Positions 37,356-45,957 of a DNA stretch of 64,000 nt are shown here, piece after piece; the first letter of the stretch is position 1, and each line of letters begins with the position of its first letter. Where the stretch lies: NCBI GenBank assembly GCA_023231065.1, contig JALNWE010000004.1:5167-69166 (forward strand). Reading direction: 5' to 3'. The notes beneath the pieces were generated by a model that saw nothing but the letters and a program-made list of their open reading frames with translations, was not told where the DNA came from and ran no database searches. Source of the stretch: Bacteroidales bacterium. Its GTDB lineage: Bacteria > Bacteroidota > Bacteroidia > Bacteroidales > FEN-979. The position numbers and the translations under genes are program-made.

Positions 37356-40202
37356 TCAGAACTGTAAAAGAAATTCTACAAGATTTGCATCATTAGTTAA
37401 CAGTAACCTTCTTCTCAGCCTGTATCTTCTGGTTTCAACACCGCGATAGCTGATATTGAGAAGGGGGGCAATTTCTTTTGATGCCAGATTGAGTTTCAGG
37501 TAAGCGCATAATTTCAGGTCACTTTGTGTAAGATCAGGATAGGAAGCTTTAAGCCGTTTGAAAAAATTGGCATGGGCCTGGTCGAATAGCTCCTCAAAAA
37601 CTTTCCAATCATTGTCGTCCGTGATATTTTTATTGATCAGGGAAAGGATTTTCTCATTAAGCCCGGAAGGATATTGGTCCTGATAGTGTTTTTTTTGTTT
37701 CTCGAGCTCTTGTTTTATTTCAATCAGCAGTTCATTTTTCCTGATGATGGCCATGGTTGAGTTTGCAACCTGGATATTTTTGTGGGAAATCTCAGCCTGC
37801 AGGTTTTCATTTTGCAATTTTACGATCTCCTGTTCTGCTAATTGCTTCTCCAATAAGAGTTTTGCTTCTGTTTCTGAGCGTATCTTATCCTGCTTTCTGA
37901 TAAATCGTTTCCTGAAAATCGCCTGGCTGATCAAGATTGCAGTCAATAACAGAATAATGTAAAGGATGAAAGCAAACGGGGACGCCATCAGGGCGGGCTT
38001 TATCCTGAATTTCAGCAAGATAGGATCTGTAACTACCCCTGTTGACGATATCGTCCTGACTTTAAAAATATAATTTCCTTTGGGCAAACGGGAATAATTC
38101 ACCGAGGCTTTGTCAGTCCACTGACTCCAGTCATGATCAATTGGTTCAAGTTTATATTGAAACCGGAAAGAAGGAATGCGGTGATTTGTATAGGTATATG
38201 AAATGGAAAGACTGTTCCAGGCATGTTTCACAGAAAAATCCGGATTCCTGAAATCCACACCCTTTGATTCACCTGCACTGTTGATACATTTTACTTCCCT
38301 GAACATTAGTTTTGCCTTTTCATCACCCGATGAATCTGATAGATGTTTGGAAAACAGGGCAAACCCATTATCCAGACAAATGAGATTTTGTTCTTTACTG
38401 ATCCTTACCACATTGGCATATCCATCAACCATGTTGATATGATAAAGAGGAAGGAAAAAACGGATCACCGGTCTGGCTTTTTGCTCTTTGATTTCAAATA
38501 CGGCCAGATCATTATCGCGGATGAAACAGTACCTGTTTTCACCCAGCCAGGTAATATTGGTCGCGTTCCCGAACCCGTCTAACTGCTCATTCAGGACCGT
38601 AAACGGGATGATCCTGTGATTCAGGTCATCATAGGTATATAACGATAGGCCTGTCGTAAAGACGATCCGGTCTTCAATTTTAAATACCCGGATGTTAAAA
38701 TCAGAAGGAAAACCATCTTTTTTCCCATAAGTAACCATACTGGCTACAGTATCCATGTCCTCAGATAACCGGAGCTTATAAAGCCCTTTGACGGCATGTC
38801 CGATCCAGATGTTGTTCAGGTGATCAATCTCCAGAAAACGCGATGGTTCAATGAACCCCTTCACCAATGAATGATAAATCCATTGCCCCCCGATTTTTTT
38901 ATAAACAACAAGGTCAGAATAGGTGCTTTGAAGCAGATATTGCTCTCCATCCTTTGTATATTTTCCCAATGAAAAGCCTCCGCTTACATTGGATATTTTT
39001 TTAAAATCGTTATCGGCAATAATGAACGTTCCCCGCGTGTGGCCACAAAAAAGCGTACCCTCAATATTCTTCAATTCCCAAACCTGTCCCTGTGACTGGT
39101 TGATGAATCCGGAATAAGTGAACCGGTCCGACGGTTTATCCTGACGGTAGGTGAAAACCCCGCGGTTGGTCCCCAGGTACAAGGTTTTCCCTGAAAATGC
39201 CGCGGTATAGACGGCCCCCAGTTCTTCTCCTGTTTCCTGATAAACATCAAGGGGGTTATTGAAAGATATTTTATCGAGGCCTTTATCGAGACCAGTCCAG
39301 ATATCTCCGTTATTATCCGTGCAAAGGGATAAAACCGTATTATTCTGAAGGGCATTTTCATTATGAAGATGGTAACAAATTTTCCCATTGAAATCCAGAA
39401 TGAAAATACCTTTTATGATGGTACCGAAAACCAGTTTATCGCCGGATATGATCCCGTTGTTGATTTGAAATTTCTTCAACAGATCATTAACCGGGACATT
39501 CCATGACTTTATTGTTTTTCCGTCATAATGAAAGACCCCTTTTGAGGAAGTCCCAATGAGATAGTCCCCATTCTTCAAGGGCAAGAAAGCCTTTACCTCT
39601 GTCCCTTTGAGGATGCCATCCGTATCCAATGGGATCAGGGAGTCATTGACCAGTTCAAACAAACTTCCATTTACCGATTGAACGAACAACCTTCCGCCCG
39701 CTTTTAACAGAAAGATAATGGTCGAGGGGACAGGAATAGATTTCACGTTTTTATGATCATAGACAAAAAGCGCTGAAAAGCTTTGAAAATATACTTTTCC
39801 CTTATGCCTGACAATCTTCCAGATTTCGTCGTTGTGGAAGGTGAAATTTTTCAGAAGTGGTTTAAGGGAACGATATTGTAATTCCCCAAACGGATCTTCT
39901 TCCCAGTACCCGAAATCCTCATAAGATCCGGTGTAAATCCTTTTGTCTTCTGATACAGAAACCGACCGGATAATAGTCTGATCAGGGATCCGGAATAATT
40001 TCCAGCGGGCCCCGTCGAACATCAGTAAACCCTTGTTGTTGGCGACATAAATAAAACCCTGGCTATCGGTATCGATCGACCAGTTTTGGTTACCGGCCCC
40101 ATACTCCTGACTGGTATAATGGGTCACAAGGTATGAGGATTGGGCTTGAGGATACCCGATCGCGAAGAAAAAAAGAAGGATGGATACCAAAAAGGATTTC
40201 AT
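37356..40202 (-). CDS. Membrane-spanning one-component PUL regulator (beta-propeller sensor, Y_Y_Y, TM, LuxR HTH)
   Basis: GAGNQNWSI, ENALQNNTVLSL, FQYKLEPID..WSQW, YSRLPKGNYIFKVR, TM helix, DLTQSDLKLCAYLKLNLASKEIAPLLNISYRGVETRRYRLR; no kinase or receiver domain. ATG 40202 chosen because the track start (40235) lies inside a -7 promoter box. Confidence 0.88.
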   Translation of the reverse strand: MKSFLVSILLFFFAIGYPQAQSSYLVTHYTSQEYGAGNQNWSIDTDSQGFIYVANNKGLLMFDGARWKLFRIPDQTIIRSVSVSEDKRIYTGSYEDFGYWEEDPFGELQYRSLKPLLKNFTFHNDEIWKIVRHKGKVYFQSFSALFVYDHKNVKSIPVPSTIIFLLKAGGRLFVQSVNGSLFELVNDSLIPLDTDGILKGTEVKAFLPLKNGDYLIGTSSKGVFHYDGKTIKSWNVPVNDLLKKFQINNGIISGDKLVFGTIIKGIFILDFNGKICYHLHNENALQNNTVLSLCTDNNGDIWTGLDKGLDKISFNNPLDVYQETGEELGAVYTAAFSGKTLYLGTNRGVFTYRQDKPSDRFTYSGFINQSQGQVWELKNIEGTLFCGHTRGTFIIADNDFKKISNVSGGFSLGKYTKDGEQYLLQSTYSDLVVYKKIGGQWIYHSLVKGFIEPSRFLEIDHLNNIWIGHAVKGLYKLRLSEDMDTVASMVTYGKKDGFPSDFNIRVFKIEDRIVFTTGLSLYTYDDLNHRIIPFTVLNEQLDGFGNATNITWLGENRYCFIRDNDLAVFEIKEQKARPVIRFFLPLYHINMVDGYANVVRISKEQNLICLDNGFALFSKHLSDSSGDEKAKLMFREVKCINSAGESKGVDFRNPDFSVKHAWNSLSISYTYTNHRIPSFRFQYKLEPIDHDWSQWTDKASVNYSRLPKGNYIFKVRTISSTGVVTDPILLKFRIKPALMASPFAFILYIILLLTAILISQAIFRKRFIRKQDKIRSETEAKLLLEKQLAEQEIVKLQNENLQAEISHKNIQVANSTMAIIRKNELLIEIKQELEKQKKHYQDQYPSGLNEKILSLINKNITDDNDWKVFEELFDQAHANFFKRLKASYPDLTQSDLKLCAYLKLNLASKEIAPLLNISYRGVETRRYRLRRRLLLTNDANLVEFLLQF

Positions 40203-40232
40203 ATCAATGGGATTCACAATCCGTTCTCTGGC

Positions 40233-40271
40233 CAAATGTACACAAAATAAACCAAGTAAACTGTATCTTTG
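40233..40271. promoter_or_regulatory. Back-to-back -7 elements: TACATTTG (-, 40240-40233) and TATCTTTG (+, 40264-40271)
   Basis: Two exact TAnnTTTG matches pointing at ATG 40202 (-) and ATG 40298 (+). Confidence 0.6.
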
Positions 40272-40297
40272 CCACCGGTATCAGATTGCGCCATCGA

Positions 40298-41458
40298 ATG
40301 AAAACAGGCTTTTTCATTATCTTTTTCAGTGTTGTTACCCTTATTTACGGGCTGGTCAATTTTTATATTTTTTCACGGGCCGTACAGGCTTTTCCTCATG
40401 GCGGCCCATCGCGGTCCTGGTTTACCCTGGCGTTCTGGCTCATAGCCTCTGCATTCGTCATCGCCCGGATCCTTGAGCGGGCCTGGCCCTGTGGCCTGAC
40501 CGGGATCCTTACCTGGATCGGTTCCTTCTGGCTGGCTTTCATGCTCTATTTTATTATGGTCGTGATCCTGGTTGACCTGGCCAGATTAACCAATTATTTT
40601 TTTCATTGGTTCCCTGCATTCTTTTATATCAATTATCAGAAAACAAAAACCATTGTATTCATTGTCTCTGTTGCACTGGTGGCGCTGACCGTTGTTTATG
40701 GATTTATCAACGCCCGGATACCGGTAGTTAAAAACCTTGATCTTGTGATCCATAAAAAAGTCGAAGGCGAAAGGACATTATCCGTGGCCATGGTATCGGA
40801 CATCCACCTGGGGACCCTGATAGCCCGTAGAAAAGCGACCCGCCTGGTTGAAACCATTAATTCACTCCATCCCGATATCGTTTTATTTGTGGGAGATATT
40901 GTGGACGAGGACCTGGCTCCTGTAATAAAAAACGACCTGGGAAAATCACTTTCCGGAATAAAGTCAAAATTAGGAGTTTATGCGGTTACAGGGAATCATG
41001 AATACATTGGGGGCGCTGAACCTGCGGTCAGGTATCTTGAGAAACATGGCATCAATTTTTTGCGGGATTCAATGATATTAATCGATAACAGGTTTTATCT
41101 TGCAGGGCGGGATGATCATGACAAAACAAGGTTTACCGGGAAGAAACGGAAAGAATTGAATGAGATCCTTCGTGGGGCCGATCACGCCTACCCTGTTATT
41201 TTAATGGATCATCAGCCTTTTTCCCTTGACAAAGCTGCCAGACAGGGAATTGATCTTTCATTATCAGGACATACTCACGACGGACAGTTATGGCCCTTCA
41301 GTTACATACCCAAAGCCATGTATGAATTAAGTTATGGGTATAAGCAAATCGGAAATACCCATTTTTATGTTTCTTCTGGTTTCGGTACCTGGGGGCCACC
41401 TGTCAGACTTGGTAACCGGCCGGAGATCGTTCATATCAAGATCACATTTGAGCAATGA
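40298..41458 (+). CDS. Membrane-anchored calcineurin-like metallophosphoesterase (YkuE-like)
   Basis: Four N-terminal TMs; SDIHLG, GDIVD, GNHE, HQP, GHTHDGQ, SSGFGTWGPPVRLG. The track start 40133 overlaps the divergent gene and is rejected. Confidence 0.9.
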   Translation: MKTGFFIIFFSVVTLIYGLVNFYIFSRAVQAFPHGGPSRSWFTLAFWLIASAFVIARILERAWPCGLTGILTWIGSFWLAFMLYFIMVVILVDLARLTNYFFHWFPAFFYINYQKTKTIVFIVSVALVALTVVYGFINARIPVVKNLDLVIHKKVEGERTLSVAMVSDIHLGTLIARRKATRLVETINSLHPDIVLFVGDIVDEDLAPVIKNDLGKSLSGIKSKLGVYAVTGNHEYIGGAEPAVRYLEKHGINFLRDSMILIDNRFYLAGRDDHDKTRFTGKKRKELNEILRGADHAYPVILMDHQPFSLDKAARQGIDLSLSGHTHDGQLWPFSYIPKAMYELSYGYKQIGNTHFYVSSGFGTWGPPVRLGNRPEIVHIKITFEQ

Positions 41459-41460
41459 TA

Positions 41461-41628
41461 ATGGGATAATGTGCTGATGTGATAATGTGCTGATGTGCTG
41501 ATGTGCTGATGTGTTGATGTGCTGATGTGCTGATGTGCTGATGTGATAATGTGTTGATGTGATAATGTGCTGATGTGCTGATGTGTTGATGTGTTGATGT
41601 GATAATGTGCTGATGTGTTGATGTGCTG
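41461..41628. repeat. 8-bp tandem repeat x21 (ATGTGCTG with ATGTGTTG/ATGTGATA variants)
   Basis: Counted directly: 21 consecutive octamers starting 3 nt after the metallophosphoesterase stop codon. Confidence 0.95.
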
Positions 41629-41733
41629 ACCAAATTTTCCGGATTTTTGCTAATAAATATGTTTACAGTCAGATAAAAACACCAAATATATGGCCAACTG
41701 CGAAAAGTCAAATCTTTCATTTTACTACGAAGA

Positions 41734-41959
41734 ATTGAGACCAAACCTTCCAGTTTTTTCTTAGTGAACATGGATCCTGTCAGATAATAAAACCACATCC
41801 ATTGAAACCAAACCTTCCAGGTTTTTCTTAGTGAACATGGCCCTTGTCAGATAATAAAACCACATCCATTGAAACCAAACCTTCCAGTTTTGTCTTAGTG
41901 AACATGGATCCTGTCAAATAATAAAACCACATCCATTGAAACCAAACCTGGAAGGTTTT
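41734..41959. repeat. 67-bp tandem repeat x3 plus a partial fourth unit
   Basis: Units start at 41734, 41801, 41868 and 41935 (ATTGAAACCAAACCTTCCAG...GTCAGATAATAAAACCACATCC) with 1-4 substitutions each. They contain the palindrome AAACCT-TCC-AGGTTT, which is inverted (AAACCT-GGA-AGGTTT) in the fourth unit. Confidence 0.93.
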
Positions 41960-42013
41960 CTTGGAGGTGAAAAATAGTCTTCGGAGTGAGCTCAAATTTA
42001 AAATTGTTTCTTT

Positions 42014-43246
42014 ATGCACAAACTACCCTTCCGTAATCTTACAATCATAGCCCTTGTCATTGTCCTCGGGATCACGGTCATCCTGGCCATTATGATTTTC
42101 TCATACAGAAAAGCCAACCCGGAAAAGAATACCCCCGGAAAGCCTCACATAGCTTATAAGATCAACATCGACAGCATGGATATGGTGACCGGAGAGGTTT
42201 CACTAAACGAAAACCTGTCCTCTATCCTTGCTCCGTATGTTTCGGGTCAGATCATTGACAAGATTGCCAGGGAAACCCGTCATATTTTTGATGTCCGTAA
42301 GATCCGGGCAGGAAATACGTACGCAAAAATTTCATCGAAGGATTCTGTTCATCGTTTGCTCTACTTTATCTATGAAATGGATGAAATAGATTTCATCGTA
42401 TATGATTTCCGGGATTCCCTCAGGGTTTACAGTGATAAAAAGAAAGTTACGCGGCTCAACCGGACAGCGCAGGGGACCATCACAAGTTCCCTGTGGAATT
42501 GTTTTCTTGAGAATCGCCTGGATATCAACCTTGGGTTGAGTTTATCGGATGTATTTGGCTGGACTGTAGATTTTTATGGTTTGCAGAAAGGGGACAGTTT
42601 CAAAGTGATCTATGATGAGCTATTTGTCGACAATGTACCGGTAGGAGTTGACCGTATCCAGGCTGCTGTGTTTTCGAGCGGTGGGAAAGATTTTTATGCC
42701 TATTATTATGACCAGCCTGGAGGTGGGGATTATTTCGATAATGCCGGTCAAAGTTTACGTCGGTCCTTTTTAAAAGCGCCCCTGAAATTTTCCAGGATCA
42801 GTTCCCGATACACTGCATCGCGTATGCATCCCATCCTGAGGATAGCGCGTCCACACTTTGGGGTGGACTATGCCGCGCCACGCGGAACGCCGGTTGTCGC
42901 GTTAGGGGATGGCCGGATCAACGAGATGGGATGGCATGGTGGTTACGGCAGGTTTATCAGCATCCGGCATAATTCAACTTACACTTCTACCTATGCTCAT
43001 TTATCGGGATACGCCAAAGGGTTGAAATCCGGTTCTATGGTGAAGCAGGGGGAACTGATTGGTTATGTTGGGAGCAGTGGCCTATCAACCGGCGCCCACC
43101 TTGATTTCAGGGTGTATAAAAATGGCAGCCCCACCAATCCATTAAAACTGGAATCACCGGCAGCCAACCCGGTTGACCCGTCAACTTTCGAAAAATTCCG
43201 GAAAATGGCAGCTGCCATGAAAACAAGACTGGATTCAATCCGGTAA
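42014..43246 (+). CDS. M23-family peptidoglycan DD-endopeptidase (MepM-like)
   Basis: N-terminal TM; FLKAPLKFSRISS, HFGVDYAAPRGTPV (HxxxD), YAHLS, STGAHLDFR. Confidence 0.92.
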   Translation: MHKLPFRNLTIIALVIVLGITVILAIMIFSYRKANPEKNTPGKPHIAYKINIDSMDMVTGEVSLNENLSSILAPYVSGQIIDKIARETRHIFDVRKIRAGNTYAKISSKDSVHRLLYFIYEMDEIDFIVYDFRDSLRVYSDKKKVTRLNRTAQGTITSSLWNCFLENRLDINLGLSLSDVFGWTVDFYGLQKGDSFKVIYDELFVDNVPVGVDRIQAAVFSSGGKDFYAYYYDQPGGGDYFDNAGQSLRRSFLKAPLKFSRISSRYTASRMHPILRIARPHFGVDYAAPRGTPVVALGDGRINEMGWHGGYGRFISIRHNSTYTSTYAHLSGYAKGLKSGSMVKQGELIGYVGSSGLSTGAHLDFRVYKNGSPTNPLKLESPAANPVDPSTFEKFRKMAAAMKTRLDSIR

Positions 43247-43299
43247 AACCTCCTGAAATATAATAACACAGGAGAAATAACGATCCATTATTGATGCTG

Positions 43300-43806
43300 T
43301 TAGTCCTGTGATCTTGTAAATGGATGCTCGTTTTTCCACATTTTCCATATCAAAAGAACAGGAAAGAGCGCCCAGGGGAGGTTAGCCAAAAGGACCAGGG
43401 GCAAATTCCTGGCAGGTGTAGGGCCAAAGATCTCTTCACTGCAAATGATAAAGACATTGGTGAAAAGAATAGACATAATGATGAATGTCGGGATACGGAT
43501 CCATTCTTTTCCTTTGATAAAAGCATAAATGGCCATGGCATAATAAGGGCCAAAAAGGACGACATCCAACCAGATAGTAGCTTTCCACCATACCGGACGA
43601 TACCATTGAAGAGGATCGAACTGGAGGCCCCACCAATGTACCATATCAACCAGGAAAGGTAAAGGCCAGGCAGGATAAATGAAATTTCCCGGATCGCGGA
43701 TAACCAGTTGTTCCAGATCGACAATGTAGGTTATAAAAAACAGGTTTAAAAGGAAAAAACCGATGTAGATGTAATCGGTTTTACGGTCTTTAAGAGGAAT
43801 GGTCAT
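43300..43806 (-). CDS. EXPERA-domain (TMEM97/sigma-2 receptor/EBP-like) four-TM membrane protein
   Basis: Pattern IVDLEQ...WWGLQFDPL...PVWWKATIWLD..LFGPYY..AIYAFIKGKEWIRIP...ANLPW..FP mirrors human TMEM97 as recalled (FMDLQ...WYAKEFKDPL..PAWF..FLFCE..QLPF...YAFLKG..KWIRTP). Confidence 0.72.
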   Translation of the reverse strand: MTIPLKDRKTDYIYIGFFLLNLFFITYIVDLEQLVIRDPGNFIYPAWPLPFLVDMVHWWGLQFDPLQWYRPVWWKATIWLDVVLFGPYYAMAIYAFIKGKEWIRIPTFIIMSILFTNVFIICSEEIFGPTPARNLPLVLLANLPWALFPVLLIWKMWKNEHPFTRSQD

Positions 43807-43826
43807 TGCAATAAAGAGTTAGGAGG

Positions 43827-44666
43827 TTAGGAATGAGGCATGAGATTTCTCTTTGCACGGGCTGTTTTGGCCATCTGGCTGGCGATGGATAACCTGATTT
43901 TAGGAAAGTTGGCGATGAATGTTCCAATCCGGACGGATAGATCAGAATACATCAGAAGTTTGGGCTTTAGAATAAGATGTATCAGATCGCGGGCAACATC
44001 GTCAGGGGTTTTTGGATGGGTAAACTTTTTCGTTATAAAATTTTGTTTCTTTTCCATCAGAAAATCCTGTTCGACCTCTCCGATCCTGGATTCAGGTTTT
44101 GAATCGGTACTGACATAACCCGGAAAATATTCACTGATCCGGATCCCTGTACCGGACCATTCAGCCTGAATGGTCCGGGTCCAGGCAGAAAAAGCAGCTT
44201 TTGAGCAAACGTATGGCGCATAGAACGGGATCCCCATCATGAAACCCGGCGACCCTATATTGATAATATGCCCACCGCCCTGACGGCGCATGTGAAGGAT
44301 AGCTTCCTGGGTGGCGACAACCGGGGCAATAAGGTTTGTTGAAAAAGCCTGTAACAGATCGGCTGGGGTAACGGTATCGGCGGTCGTTACGATAATGCTG
44401 GCTGCATTGTTCACCAAAACATCAATCCTCCCAAAATGTTCAATCACCTGGCGGATAGTATCGACAGATTGTTCCGGAGAACTGAGGTCAGCCGGTACCA
44501 CAAGTGGATCCTTCATCTGCCGGGCAAGCTGGTCAAGCTTTTCCTTCCGTCGGGATGTAATGGCTACTTTTGCGCCAGCCTGGTTGAATGCCAGCGCGGC
44601 GGCAGAGCCTATACCACCGGAAGCGCCTGTTACGAGGATTACTTTGTTCGTTAAGCCGGAGGGCAT
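43827..44666 (-). CDS. Short-chain dehydrogenase/reductase (SDR)
   Basis: TGASGGIG, DVLVNNAA, YVCSK (YxxxK). ATG 44666 preferred; stop lies 20 bp upstream of the EXPERA gene. Confidence 0.9.
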   Translation of the reverse strand: MPSGLTNKVILVTGASGGIGSAAALAFNQAGAKVAITSRRKEKLDQLARQMKDPLVVPADLSSPEQSVDTIRQVIEHFGRIDVLVNNAASIIVTTADTVTPADLLQAFSTNLIAPVVATQEAILHMRRQGGGHIINIGSPGFMMGIPFYAPYVCSKAAFSAWTRTIQAEWSGTGIRISEYFPGYVSTDSKPESRIGEVEQDFLMEKKQNFITKKFTHPKTPDDVARDLIHLILKPKLLMYSDLSVRIGTFIANFPKIRLSIASQMAKTARAKRNLMPHS

Positions 44667-44743
44667 ATCATGAATCAGATAAACAGTTATCTTAGGGGTT
44701 GTAAAAATAGCAAGATTATTCTTTCTGATCTTCAAAATTTCTT

Positions 44744-44751
44744 TACGTTTG
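44744..44751 (+). promoter_or_regulatory. -7 element (TACGTTTG) for galM
   Basis: Exact TAnnTTTG match 23 nt upstream of ATG 44775. Confidence 0.55.
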
Positions 44752-44774
44752 TAAGGAATTCAAATATCCGAACC

Positions 44775-45932
44775 ATGAAACAGATTTTAAGGATAGTATT
44801 TTTATGGACGTTTATTGTATTTCTTATCTCTTGTCATGGGCCTGTCAATGTGAGTGTTGATATCGGAAATGATGATAATCATGATTCATTAATTTTATCT
44901 GTTATGAAAACATCTTTTGGAACAGTTGACAACAAAGCGGTCTATTTATTTACCCTGCATAACATAAATGGGCTTACAGTGAAAATAACCAATTACGGAG
45001 GCATAATTACATCTATTAAGATGCCGGATAAAAACGGTAAGAGTGGCGATATTGTATTGGGTTACGATAGTTTGAGCAGTTATATTGCCAACTCGCCCTA
45101 TTTCGGCGCCATTGTCGGACGATATGGTAACCGGATCGCCAAAGGGCATTTCACCCTTGATGGAAAGACCTATAAACTGGCTGTTAACAATGGCAATAAT
45201 TCACTTCATGGCGGGATAAAAGGATTTGACAAAGTGGTCTGGGATGCTGAAATGTTGAAGGATTCTACAAGCGCTGGACTGGTCCTTACTTATCTCAGCA
45301 AGGACGGCGAGGAAGGATACCCCGGTAACTTAAAAGTAAAGGTGGTATATACCCTTAATAACAACAATGAGTTGGGATTACACATTGAAGCGACAACAGA
45401 TAAAGCAACGCCTGTTAATATCTGTAATCATACCTATTTTAACCTGAGTGAAGCTGATACCAATGTCCTTGGAAACATTGTGAGCATTTACGCCGATCAG
45501 TTTACCGAAGTTAATGACGAGCTGATCCCGACCGGAAAGCTTCCTTATGTGAGGGGGACTGCCATGGATTTCAATACTTCCGTTGCAATCGGCGCTGGTA
45601 TTGGCAAGGTAAAGGGGGGATATGACCATAATTATGTATTACGGAAAAATCCAGGCGAACTGGCCCTGGCAGCCCAGATTTATGATCCTCGGACTGGGCG
45701 TCAGGTGGAGATAAGAACGACCCAACCAGGCGTTCAGTTTTATACCGGTAATTTCCTGGATGGTTCAATGGTCGGAAAAGGCGGTAAAAAATATCTGCAA
45801 CATTACGGGGTGTGTTTCGAAACCCAGCATTTCCCGGATTCTCCCAACCAACCGGCTTTCCCCAATACAATATTATATCCCGGGAAGACTTACAATGAAA
45901 CTACCATCTATAAATTCTCAGTCCTGAAATAA
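44775..45932 (+). CDS. galM: Aldose 1-epimerase (mutarotase), predicted lipoprotein
   Basis: Lipobox-like LISC; TNYGGII, GRYGNRI, HGGIKGFDK, EEGYPGNL, NHTYFNL, GYDHNY, CFETQHFPDSPN. Confidence 0.93.
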   Translation: MKQILRIVFLWTFIVFLISCHGPVNVSVDIGNDDNHDSLILSVMKTSFGTVDNKAVYLFTLHNINGLTVKITNYGGIITSIKMPDKNGKSGDIVLGYDSLSSYIANSPYFGAIVGRYGNRIAKGHFTLDGKTYKLAVNNGNNSLHGGIKGFDKVVWDAEMLKDSTSAGLVLTYLSKDGEEGYPGNLKVKVVYTLNNNNELGLHIEATTDKATPVNICNHTYFNLSEADTNVLGNIVSIYADQFTEVNDELIPTGKLPYVRGTAMDFNTSVAIGAGIGKVKGGYDHNYVLRKNPGELALAAQIYDPRTGRQVEIRTTQPGVQFYTGNFLDGSMVGKGGKKYLQHYGVCFETQHFPDSPNQPAFPNTILYPGKTYNETTIYKFSVLK

Positions 45933-45957
45933 AAATATTCACGGAGCGGGCAGCAGA

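Noticed and set aside
41734-41959. CRISPR array (67-bp period, ATTGAAAC motif)
   Set aside because: Whole units are nearly identical, so there are no unique spacers; no cas genes in the window.
41442-42019. Track ORFs 41442-41798 and 41828-42019 (STHQHI/WFYYLTG peptides)
   Set aside because: They are translations of the 8-bp and 67-bp repeats; unit lengths are not multiples of 3 and there are no protein features.
40133-44775. Extended track starts at 40133, 40235, 44670 and 44735
   Set aside because: They overlap divergent genes or -7 promoter boxes; downstream ATGs give proper signal/TM N-termini.
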